A stretch of DNA of 62,698 nt from a virus. Lineage: Duplodnaviria > Caudoviricetes. Position 1 is the first letter of the stretch. Every line of letters begins with the position of its first letter. Positions 54,301 through 62,698 of the stretch are shown in pieces. The translations under genes and the position numbers were made by a program. The DNA lies in the IMG/VR virus record IMGVR_UViG_3300043403_000045, positions 1-62,698 of that record. One strand, 5' to 3'. Below the pieces are notes generated by a model. That model did not search any database, was not told the DNA's origin, and saw only the letters and a program-made list of their open reading frames with translations.

Positions 54301-54692
54301 TATAGATCAGAACCAAAACAGAAGACTTGGTGCGATTCCGCATTGTTCGTTGATGCACCCAACCGATTAGTGGTACCAAATAATACGAGATCGGTATAGT
54401 TCTTGACGTTACGTGCAGCCGGAACAGAACCGCTTACCGTAACTGCCGAAACAGGAATCTCATCATAGAGAAACCACGTCGTGCCGGAATCCGTTGAAAT
54501 AAATAATCGAATCATTCCAGCCGTTGTCGTAACGGTAGGTTGCGTTACTACGGATGAAACCTTTAATCCGGCTGCGCTGCCAGTAGCAATGCTCACGATT
54601 GTGCCAGTGCCATCTCGATTAGTATTAGCTGTAGCTACCGTTGCTCGATCAATTGATCTAGGATTTGAAGCGTAGGTTGGTGTAGTTGCCAT
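54300..54692 (-). CDS. Hypothetical structural protein
   Basis: ANTNRDGTGT, TTAGMIRLF. Confidence 0.7.
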   Translation of the reverse strand: MATTPTYASNPRSIDRATVATANTNRDGTGTIVSIATGSAAGLKVSSVVTQPTVTTTAGMIRLFISTDSGTTWFLYDEIPVSAVTVSGSVPAARNVKNYTDLVLFGTTNRLGASTNNAESHQVFCFGSDL

Positions 54693-54695
54693 GTT

Positions 54696-55961
54696 TTATA
54701 TAGTTGTTAAAAATAAATACCTATCTGAAGCGGACGAACTACTGCCTCCTCCGGGAGGCGCAGCAAAAGTTCCGTCAGCTCGCAGGAAATTAGTTGTACC
54801 ACCACCAGATGAAGGGACTAATCCTTTGAGTCCACTAGTAAATGTGTTCAGCATTGCAGTTGCTTGCGTTACGGTAAGGTCCTCGGGATCGCCTGTACCT
54901 GCTGTTGTGCGCCCCTTGAATGTAGCCGTAGGCACATCCGCCAAATCAACATTCATCACTGCATTTGCGGCGATAGTAGTAGCGAATGAACCCGTTCCAC
55001 TGCCTGTAATATCACCAGTCAGTGTGATCGTCTGATCGCCTGTATTCGTGCCAGAAAGATTAGAAGCTACAAGCGTAGACGAGAAATTACCACTAGTTCC
55101 GAAAATCTCCCATCTATTTGTAGATACACCTAAATCCATTCCGCTTGTTACCGGCACAAGTCCTGCTCCTGTAGATAATATAGCATACGCGCCTGTCGCT
55201 GGCTCAATCTTTAAATGTCCACCCGTGCCTCCGCTAACACTAATGAAACCGGAATCGCCATCGTGAGATATTTTAACAGACTGAGATCCAGCTGTATTAT
55301 ACGCACCTATCGGAGCTTGTATCTGAACCTCATCGTATGCAACTATTGATCGCTGAGAAGCCCCGCCAACTAGCTTAGCAATCATGCTGCCTATATTATA
55401 GCCAGCGGCTAGAGGCGTTGTATATGTATTATCAGTGTATATTTCAGATCGCGTAATTTCACCGTATAGAGTGCTTCCGAATGAGGCTCCACCAAATAGG
55501 GCGAAATTAAACTGCGCCGCGTACCCCGGAGCCGTGCCAGCTGCATCAACCCTGCTCTCATGACCATATAGAGTAAACTTGCCGGATGCTGTATCTTCGG
55601 CCCTGCCCAACGAGCCGATAAGATGTTCTCCGCTACCCGGCGTGGTTGATCCAGAATTAATAAAATGCCCATAACAAGCTACCGCTGTTTCGCCAACACT
55701 TGGCGAGTAATCGGCTTTGACGTAAGCTACTTTATTTATACCCGCACCCGGCGAAGTTGTTACTGTTATATTGTTAGCCGCCGTGAAATTATTTACCTGA
55801 GACAATACAGCCGTAGAGTTCCATTTAGTTGAATCCCAGAAAACCGGGCGGTTCAGGGTACTGCTCCAAGACCAAACATTACGCCCCGGATTGGGAGTAG
55901 CCGCACCTTCAGTAGTTGCGAGCGATACAAGTCCAGTGTGGCTGAATGACTGGATAGACAT
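54696..55961 (-). CDS. Fibre protein
   Basis: SGTNTGDQTITLTGD, KGRTTAGTG, KGLVP..NFLRADGTFAAP. Confidence 0.7.
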   Translation of the reverse strand: MSIQSFSHTGLVSLATTEGAATPNPGRNVWSWSSTLNRPVFWDSTKWNSTAVLSQVNNFTAANNITVTTSPGAGINKVAYVKADYSPSVGETAVACYGHFINSGSTTPGSGEHLIGSLGRAEDTASGKFTLYGHESRVDAAGTAPGYAAQFNFALFGGASFGSTLYGEITRSEIYTDNTYTTPLAAGYNIGSMIAKLVGGASQRSIVAYDEVQIQAPIGAYNTAGSQSVKISHDGDSGFISVSGGTGGHLKIEPATGAYAILSTGAGLVPVTSGMDLGVSTNRWEIFGTSGNFSSTLVASNLSGTNTGDQTITLTGDITGSGTGSFATTIAANAVMNVDLADVPTATFKGRTTAGTGDPEDLTVTQATAMLNTFTSGLKGLVPSSGGGTTNFLRADGTFAAPPGGGSSSSASDRYLFLTTI

Positions 55962-56752
55962 TAGGTAGAAACTTTAATGCGCAGAGCGTTCGACGCAGGC
56001 GCGACATCGGTTAATACCGTAACTTGATTAACACTTGTACGCTGCACTTCGCAAATCACGGTATCATAATTTCCGCTGTTGCGATAGATTTCAACATCCA
56101 CATCCCGCGTGTTCAAGCTGTGCGTAATTGCATAACTTGTAGCTGAACCATCTCCAAAATTAGCTGCAAATTTTTTGCTAGCATATACTGAAGTAGCTAA
56201 CTTAAGAGGAGTAACGATTCGGAGATCGTCTGTACCCGTGTCAGTTTCACCTTGCGTTGCCAGCTCTGCGATGCCTGCACTTGTTTCACTTGCTGCTCCA
56301 GCCGCTGTGCCAAAAGTTGTCCATGCCAGCGGCGTAGTTCCAAGCGTAACATTTACTGCCGTTTGCCTATATGTAGTACCAGCATTAGTTCCTTCCTCTA
56401 CGGTCGTAGTAGCCTGCTCTACCTCCGCCGCTGTGCTCATGTCTAATGAGCGGGTTGCTGGTGTAGCCGACCCATTCCAAATATATATCCCGTTATCTTG
56501 GCTAGCCGTTTGCGACCTAGCGATAAATCTATCGCTTGTCGCCATCGTAATACCGTCAATAGTGGCACCGGGAGACGCTAAATTTAAATTGCTCTGCGTA
56601 CTAACACGTACGGAGTCTTTCCAGTTAAGCCCCTCGACGGCGGCATTAAGCTGAGCAACTGTTGCGGCATCTTGCGGATTAACGCCATCCGGCAAGTTAG
56701 TGATTTTTGTAGCGTTATTGAAATCAAGTGTTCGTAATACTAATGTAGCCAT
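55961..56752 (-). CDS. Fibre/decoration protein
   Basis: KITNL..QDAAT..QL, GLNWKDSVR, DNGIY, GIAELAT, THSLNT. Confidence 0.7.
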   Translation of the reverse strand: MATLVLRTLDFNNATKITNLPDGVNPQDAATVAQLNAAVEGLNWKDSVRVSTQSNLNLASPGATIDGITMATSDRFIARSQTASQDNGIYIWNGSATPATRSLDMSTAAEVEQATTTVEEGTNAGTTYRQTAVNVTLGTTPLAWTTFGTAAGAASETSAGIAELATQGETDTGTDDLRIVTPLKLATSVYASKKFAANFGDGSATSYAITHSLNTRDVDVEIYRNSGNYDTVICEVQRTSVNQVTVLTDVAPASNALRIKVST

Positions 56753-56765
56753 AATATGTTTTTAG

Positions 56766-57326
56766 TTAAGTTGAGCATTCAGCATATCCGCTAAATGGTG
56801 AATCAAAGAAAGCCTGAACTTGGTTATTTGTTACCTGCAATATCTCCGCAAAAACTTGCACACCTCCAACACTAAACACGTCAACCGTTGGCTTTACACC
56901 TAGATTATGGTTTATTGTCCATGTGCTGGCTGCCGACGCTTGCGTGTGTGTGTAATGGCCAAGAATGGGTATGTCTGATGTAACTGCCACTATCCCATTT
57001 TGGTCTGGCCATGTGAATGTTCTAGTCGTGCTAGGAGAAACTGACGAAACTTGAAAATCTATTTTTTTAGTTGCGTCTAAATTATCTTCAATCGTTAGCG
57101 CGTTATCTTTAAATGCCCAAGAGGTTGTGCTCGTTGCCGCCGTCACCCTGCCCTTAACGTCTACAGTTATGTTAGCGTTCGTATAAACACCAGCCGAAAC
57201 GCCCGTGTCTGGCACGACAATAGAAGCATCTACTTTTTTGGTAACGCCACCTTGTACGATAGCCAATAAATCAGAATCCCCTAAAGAGGATGCTGCTGGC
57301 AATCCAGAAATTGGTAGATTTGGCAT
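56766..57326 (-). CDS. Fibre/decoration protein
   Basis: ISGLP anchor motif, NITVDVKGRVT, WTINHNLG. Confidence 0.7.
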   Translation of the reverse strand: MPNLPISGLPAASSLGDSDLLAIVQGGVTKKVDASIVVPDTGVSAGVYTNANITVDVKGRVTAATSTTSWAFKDNALTIEDNLDATKKIDFQVSSVSPSTTRTFTWPDQNGIVAVTSDIPILGHYTHTQASAASTWTINHNLGVKPTVDVFSVGGVQVFAEILQVTNNQVQAFFDSPFSGYAECST

Positions 57327-57442
57327 TTAATAGATTCCTATGTTATGAGAGTTATTTGGCAAGTGCATTTACTACAAACTCGCATTATCTGCTTGCGCTA
57401 TTACGAGTATAGACTGGATTACTAAGTTGAATTCGCGCATAT

Positions 57443-60025
57443 TTAAAATACCGAAACGCTAGGAGTTGCGGCTCCGGGAATTCTATAGGTCGAACCTGCT
57501 CGGATTGGGCCGGAGTCATAACCGCTAAACGTCGCGTCGGGCGTGCTGGCCTTAACATTAAAGTGCCAGTCTAGCATCGATGGGAATCTCCCATTGATAA
57601 GCATAGAAGGGATCGCAGCGCCTCTCGCCGCTGAGTTAGTAGGCGCGTCATAGGATGCGAAGGATTCTAAAGGTAATCCGGGCAAGCGCGGCGTGTTATC
57701 ACCAGCAAGTGTAAATAACGGGTCGCCGTAAGACCCTACAGGCAGGCCATTGAATGTTTCGGCACCCGTCGCCCGCAATTGGGCCAGATTAGTGCAAGCT
57801 GTCGAATTACGGTTGATTGAGAAGGTTGAACCACTGTGAGCCCAATACGTATTTCCCAGCATGTCTGAGTCGCGGACGTTACCGAAAACTGCGCCTGCCG
57901 AGACCACGAATATATTGTTAACGAATCGGCCCTTGCCGTTGCCTTCTAGGTAGATGAGGTCACCCATTGAGGCGTGGCCTCTTGGATTGTAGAAAATACA
58001 ATTCTCAACGAGTACTTGCGTGGTGTTGGTTCCAACAACTGAGAAACCGCCTGCGTTGTTAGCCGTGCTCCTGCGACCACCGTTTACAAAAATGCAATCA
58101 CTGTAACGATTACCAGATGAAGGAATCGAGTAACTGAGAGCATCCCAATTGAACGCTAGTGCGCCGTCAACGTCATGACCATAGCAATACTCACAAGCGC
58201 AGCCGACGCAATACGCATCGAAGTCGAAAGAGTTTCCATCGTACGGTGAAGGCGAGCGAATTTCGTAGGCTTCACATCTACGCCATGTGCAGTTTTTAGC
58301 GTTACTGAATATGTACCCACACGAGCCGTTTGTCGCAGAGTTGTTAGATGCTTCTGACGCGTGGTGAGCTACGCAATCTTCACCAAGAAAATCTTGCGCG
58401 TTGAAAACAATAAAAGGGAACCCAGTGCAGCTAGCGACCGATGTGCGTCCGTAGATGTGGTGCACATTACATTTCCAGAACTCACAGCCTTTATTGACAA
58501 AATTATAGTTCGTCATGTGGTTTGGAGGAAGAGAGCCCCACAGCGAGATGCCAGCCTCGGCGCAGTCATGTACCTCAACATTGAGAATGCGTAGGCGATG
58601 GAAGCCTTTTGTTGCATTGGTTACAGTGCTTCCCGCTAAAATCCCCTCATTGCATCCGTAAACTTCGCCATTTGATATAGTGGTCCCAACTAAGTCAAAG
58701 GCGCTCGTCGTCGTGTGCAGCACGATGCCTGCTTGAGTTGACGTGGTTGTCGATGTCATGTTCGGGAATGTCCCGCTCAGCGACAGTCCCGGTCCCTGAA
58801 TAGTGAATTGGTCAATGGTCACATACCCTGTGTTCTGCACTTTTAGTGCGTAGCCATTGCCCGGAGTTATCCTAAATCGACCCGTACCATACGGCTGAAT
58901 CTTGATGGGGGTTGTAGCGGTGGCAGGTGTAGATGGATTAATGAGAAGGCTACCCGTGAATGTATCACCACCCTTGAGGTTAATCGTATCACCGGCTACA
59001 ATATCGTTTGCCGTGACTTTTGCTAGAGTCTGCCACGGAGTCGAGGAACTCAGCCCGTCGTTGCTGTCGCTTCCTGTGGCCGAAACGTAGAACGTGCCAG
59101 CGGCCCGTGAGGGGGCGGCGGGTGTTGTAACCGAGACAGGCGTGGAGTTTTGGGTCACTGGCGAACCAGCGGAATCTGTGACGGCAACCCTGTACCAATA
59201 AACCGTGGATGCGGCGACTGTAGTGTCTACTCGATTACTCGGTGCAACTGTATCTGCAAGGGGTCCAAGTGCTGATCCGTTGTTAGCAAAGGTGCCCGGA
59301 GAACCCGACGCATCAGGGGCGCGCTGGTATTGGTACGTGTAAGGTGCAGTGCCAAAACTTGCAGCGGTGTGTGAAACGGTAACTTGGCTTGAAGTGTCTG
59401 GGGTTGCTGTTGTTGTACCGGGTGAACCACCTGCGGGGATGTCACGATACTCAATAGAGTCGAGTTCAAGTCCACCGGGGTTCGTATCGCTCGTATGAAC
59501 AAGCATGCCCGAGTAGTACACACCTGTTAGTGATGTGCCGCTATGCGTAACCGAGATCCGTGAAACACCATCAACAAGGATAGTTTTCTGCGTTGCAGTT
59601 ATGCGCAGCGTTATCGTGTAGCTCTGACCGGGAGTAAGCGTAAGCGCGTAGGTGCCAATGGTGGATTCAGATCCATTTTCAGGACGCCATATAAGTTCTA
59701 GTGTTCCGTCTGGTCTGAGTGATGCCCCATAGTACGAGTAAGTCGCCGCGTTGCTCATCAGCCCGTAAAGCTGGATAATTCCGCTCGCCGACGTTACGCG
59801 GATTACACCAACCACTTCAATCGGTATTCCGCTAGGTAACTGTGCGGAGTGCCTTATGCTAGTGTATTCAGGTGAACCACCCGGATGTCGGATGCGGTTG
59901 TTGTTGATTTGGACCCCTGAGTTGCCGTCGAAAAGACTCCATGTGCCTCCGCCAACGTCAGGCGTGTGGCTGGAAAGTGCCGTGCCGTTTGTTCCCGTGA
60001 AAGTATCTTGTAAGTAAGTGGCCAT
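57443..60025 (-). CDS. Tailspike-like protein: lectin-like + FN3-like + right-handed beta-helix (putative polysaccharide depolymerase)
   Basis: YWYRVAV (FN3), FYVSATGSDSNDG..PWQTL..GDTINLKGG and parallel beta-helix repeats. Confidence 0.75.
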   Translation of the reverse strand: MATYLQDTFTGTNGTALSSHTPDVGGGTWSLFDGNSGVQINNNRIRHPGGSPEYTSIRHSAQLPSGIPIEVVGVIRVTSASGIIQLYGLMSNAATYSYYGASLRPDGTLELIWRPENGSESTIGTYALTLTPGQSYTITLRITATQKTILVDGVSRISVTHSGTSLTGVYYSGMLVHTSDTNPGGLELDSIEYRDIPAGGSPGTTTATPDTSSQVTVSHTAASFGTAPYTYQYQRAPDASGSPGTFANNGSALGPLADTVAPSNRVDTTVAASTVYWYRVAVTDSAGSPVTQNSTPVSVTTPAAPSRAAGTFYVSATGSDSNDGLSSSTPWQTLAKVTANDIVAGDTINLKGGDTFTGSLLINPSTPATATTPIKIQPYGTGRFRITPGNGYALKVQNTGYVTIDQFTIQGPGLSLSGTFPNMTSTTTSTQAGIVLHTTTSAFDLVGTTISNGEVYGCNEGILAGSTVTNATKGFHRLRILNVEVHDCAEAGISLWGSLPPNHMTNYNFVNKGCEFWKCNVHHIYGRTSVASCTGFPFIVFNAQDFLGEDCVAHHASEASNNSATNGSCGYIFSNAKNCTWRRCEAYEIRSPSPYDGNSFDFDAYCVGCACEYCYGHDVDGALAFNWDALSYSIPSSGNRYSDCIFVNGGRRSTANNAGGFSVVGTNTTQVLVENCIFYNPRGHASMGDLIYLEGNGKGRFVNNIFVVSAGAVFGNVRDSDMLGNTYWAHSGSTFSINRNSTACTNLAQLRATGAETFNGLPVGSYGDPLFTLAGDNTPRLPGLPLESFASYDAPTNSAARGAAIPSMLINGRFPSMLDWHFNVKASTPDATFSGYDSGPIRAGSTYRIPGAATPSVSVF

Positions 60026-60027
60026 TT

Positions 60028-60987
60028 TTAATTGGTCTTAATGATGAGCTTTGCGGATGTTACACCGCTCGCGGAATCAACCTCAGCTTGCAGCACGTCG
60101 GTTGCGGTCAATGTCGCTGTACTCCATCCCGTAGCGTCTCCGTTGGCAAATTGAGCAGAGGAGAGAGTTGCTGTGTATATTGTGGAAAATGAGCCAACTA
60201 CGCCTGCTGAAATCGTAGCCTTCTTGATAGCAAGCAAAAGCGAGCCTGATGCATTGGCAAGTATCGACCATCCCGTTACGGTACGAGAGGCATTAACCTG
60301 ACGTTCACCCTTTAAGCCTGCTTGCAAGGTTGCCCCGGCACCGTCGAAGTTAAATCCAATTTCACCGCCTCCAGTAATAACTAGATTCCCAGAGCCAAGT
60401 AGTGAATTACCATTAACTGTCTTTATATTAGTTCCACTTACTAGCGTATCTTGTTTAGACGCCAATCCCGACGTGAGCGCAGAATTGTCCGCCTTAGCAT
60501 CAAGTGCGGTTTGTAGTCCAGTTATCGTACTAATAGCCTGAGAGCCCGTATGATTAGATCTAGCCAATAAAGTTGCATCCGCTGAATTGGCAGTCGCCCC
60601 GCTTGCAATGCTATCTAATTTAGTTTTATCCGTATCGGAAAGTAAACCTTTAAGCGATGTAGTGGCAACATTAAGCATTGCCGTTGCCTGAGTAACAGAC
60701 AAGTCAATTGGCGTAGCAGATGAGCCTGTATTATTCCCCTTAATAGAGTTGGCTGGTATATTGGCGGACTTTGCGTTCGTTACTATTCCTGAACCAATAG
60801 TCCATACTGTACCGCTAGAACCAACTATAATATCACCTTTGCTACCATCCGTTAATCCGCCCGATGCTAGAGCCGCAATACTAGCCGCCGTTGTTCGCTT
60901 AGTAACACCGCTTTGATCTACTGGTATAATTTCAGTGCCAGTTAGGGAACTAGCTACTGGTAGCCCGTTAATAGGTAAGTCTGGCAT
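60028..60987 (-). CDS. Fibre/decoration protein
   Basis: INGLP anchor, [43 protein letters not shown]. Confidence 0.7.
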   Translation of the reverse strand: MPDLPINGLPVASSLTGTEIIPVDQSGVTKRTTAASIAALASGGLTDGSKGDIIVGSSGTVWTIGSGIVTNAKSANIPANSIKGNNTGSSATPIDLSVTQATAMLNVATTSLKGLLSDTDKTKLDSIASGATANSADATLLARSNHTGSQAISTITGLQTALDAKADNSALTSGLASKQDTLVSGTNIKTVNGNSLLGSGNLVITGGGEIGFNFDGAGATLQAGLKGERQVNASRTVTGWSILANASGSLLLAIKKATISAGVVGSFSTIYTATLSSAQFANGDATGWSTATLTATDVLQAEVDSASGVTSAKLIIKTN

Positions 60988-60988
60988 G

Positions 60989-61357
60989 TTAAATTATAAT
61001 TTTGTTATTGTCTGCTTGCTGTAAATAAAACCCATCGGCTTGCGTTAAATAATATGAACTCACCGTATCGCACCAGTTTAGCTCGCTTCCATCTTCTTGC
61101 AACAAGCTAAATCCGTCCTCTTGCAATAGGATGCACGAATCAGGCGGAGTTGGCCCACAATTACATATGTTATTAGCTATATAATAAGTTAAACAAACTA
61201 ACTGTTTTAATAGCGCATTTTCTGTCATGTTTGAATATATTTGCGGCACTCCTGACATTCCAAGCTTTTCCGCAGTTGCAGCCAAATTAACTGCAAGCTT
61301 ATAGAGTAATTGCTTATCTCTGTCCCTGCATTCTGGTTGAACTGGTACATGTAACAT
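60989..61357 (-). CDS. Small structural protein with LLQEDG repeats
   Basis: [32 protein letters not shown]. Confidence 0.65.
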   Translation of the reverse strand: MLHVPVQPECRDRDKQLLYKLAVNLAATAEKLGMSGVPQIYSNMTENALLKQLVCLTYYIANNICNCGPTPPDSCILLQEDGFSLLQEDGSELNWCDTVSSYYLTQADGFYLQQADNNKIII

Positions 61358-61379
61358 TTCAAGATATTATTATAACTAT

Positions 61380-61406
61380 AAAAAGCCCTCCCGTAAAGAA
61401 GGGCTT
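61380..61406 (-). terminator. Rho-independent terminator after the capsid gene
   Basis: Minus strand AAGCCCTTC-TTTACG-GGAGGGCTT plus T-run. Confidence 0.75.
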
Positions 61407-61415
61407 GAATAGTCA

Positions 61416-62636
61416 TTACGAAATCTGAGGTACAGTATTGCAAGTATTGCCGAACCCAAGCGAGCCAGCGCAACGCTTGTAGGCAATAGGAATGGTAGTC
61501 CAAGCAGATTGTGGCTGAATGGCGCGGACGATCTGGTATTTGAACCAACCGAAATCACCCCAAGAGTTACAGCCATTATCCATAGCGTAATGCCATTGGA
61601 GTTCGCCGCCAAAAGCTTGCTGAGCAAACTTAGCTTCACCTTCGCCGGTGTACTTATCAGGCACTAGACGTTTAAAGGCATCCTTGTAGTGCAGAATACC
61701 AACCTCGAATGCAGCACCTTGCCAAAGCGGATTAGACAAGTTAGCGAATCCATAATCCATAGCAACACGAGTGTATGGTTCAAGGAAGATGGGTTTACCA
61801 CCACCGTCAATCTGGTTGAAGCGCAGAGGTTTAGGGTCAATGGCCATTTTAATGCCACGGAAATTAACATCAATCCAAGCGTATTTCCAGAGGGAATCCT
61901 TACCGTCTTTGAAGCTGCCTTGTGTGGTTACACTGAGTACATTGTTCACATCGGCTTCGTTACGTAGGGCGTCAACGGCCTCAGAAGACCCAACGAAAAC
62001 AGCATAACTGTCTGCGCCTTGACCGTACATTTCAGGGGCATAGTTATAACGAGCGTAATCAGATAGGCCCTTGAGATACGCAAATGTGATGCCTTGGGTA
62101 GGCAGACCACCACGCCAAGGAGCGTCACTCTGATATTCACCACCCGTAAGGGTTTGAACAACAGTAGTATCTGTGCTACGAAGAACGGCTTTAGTGCCTG
62201 ATTTTGCCACAATTTGAGCGCGTGTATCGGCATTATAGATGTCCATGATGACATCTTTCATGTTCTTGACCGCAGCGGCCAAAGAGTTTTTGACCGTATA
62301 GCGATTTTGGTTTACGCAGATGTTCTGCGATTGACCACGAATCACTTGGAGCTTTGTGGTAAAGGACTCTTGCCCCCATTCGGCAGAGTTGCCTGTAGAT
62401 CCACAAACGGAATCCAGATCACCAAAGACAGGAGTTACCAAGCTTTGATTAGATACTGTGCGGGTAGGGGTGACGGTTAGAATGTTTTCACCGATGTTGG
62501 CTTCTACTGTGCCAGTAGGAAGCAGGTTGGCGTAAGGAGAGTTAAGAACAGTGTTCTTAGCAATTGCCAACTGAATGACTGAATTTTGTTCCGCAATAGC
62601 GTTTGCGGTAGTTACGCTACAAGAAGCGAGAGCCAT
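61416..62636 (-). CDS. Probable major capsid protein
   Basis: 406 aa, first gene of the structural arm, biased codon usage, followed by a terminator. Confidence 0.7.
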   Translation of the reverse strand: MALASCSVTTANAIAEQNSVIQLAIAKNTVLNSPYANLLPTGTVEANIGENILTVTPTRTVSNQSLVTPVFGDLDSVCGSTGNSAEWGQESFTTKLQVIRGQSQNICVNQNRYTVKNSLAAAVKNMKDVIMDIYNADTRAQIVAKSGTKAVLRSTDTTVVQTLTGGEYQSDAPWRGGLPTQGITFAYLKGLSDYARYNYAPEMYGQGADSYAVFVGSSEAVDALRNEADVNNVLSVTTQGSFKDGKDSLWKYAWIDVNFRGIKMAIDPKPLRFNQIDGGGKPIFLEPYTRVAMDYGFANLSNPLWQGAAFEVGILHYKDAFKRLVPDKYTGEGEAKFAQQAFGGELQWHYAMDNGCNSWGDFGWFKYQIVRAIQPQSAWTTIPIAYKRCAGSLGFGNTCNTVPQIS

Positions 62637-62698
62637 ATTTATGTTCTCAGCCCGCGAAGTTTATAGAATTGTAGTAAGACGTGGAGCAACCTTGCGTG
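62572..62698. repeat. 127-bp direct terminal repeat, copy 2
   Basis: Identical to 1-127. Confidence 0.95.

Noticed and set aside
41353-60987. Diversity-generating retroelement or invertase-based fibre switching
   Set aside because: No reverse transcriptase, recombinase or template/variable repeat pair was seen.

Overview
This is a complete, circularly permuted ~62.57 kb dsDNA tailed-phage genome: bases 1-127 are repeated at 62572-62698, consistent with an assembler overlap. It looks podovirus-like, with tail tubular/stabilisation-like genes, three candidate ejection proteins and no tape measure or sheath. The plus-strand arm (1.4-27.5 kb) holds TerL, an SSB-like protein, ThyX, a DUF5664 dNTP diphosphohydrolase, VRR-NUC and PD-(D/E)XK nucleases, a DnaB helicase, probable portal and scaffold genes, and a glycosyl/methyl/acetyl-transferase cluster. 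A repeat-rich non-coding stretch at 28-29 kb, probably the physical genome end or origin, precedes small early-type genes. The minus-strand arm (33.9-62.6 kb) is structural: capsid, many fibre/spike proteins, lysis-like membrane proteins, and an intein-containing metallophosphoesterase. I recognised no integrase, DNA polymerase or tRNA. The most striking observation is three GC-rich accessory loci (~2.3-2.6, 14.0-15.4 and 31.6-33.8 kb). Each ends in the same ~50 bp attI-like element, and two are arrays of integron attC-like hairpins separating small ORFs. The ORFs run antisense to the canonical cassette orientation, towards attI, with their stop/start junctions inside the attC loops. This looks like an integrase-less, phage-borne integron cassette system that would rely on a host IntI. 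The 66-1320 region is also densely structured and may encode ncRNAs. All product calls come from reading motifs by eye; no database search was run.
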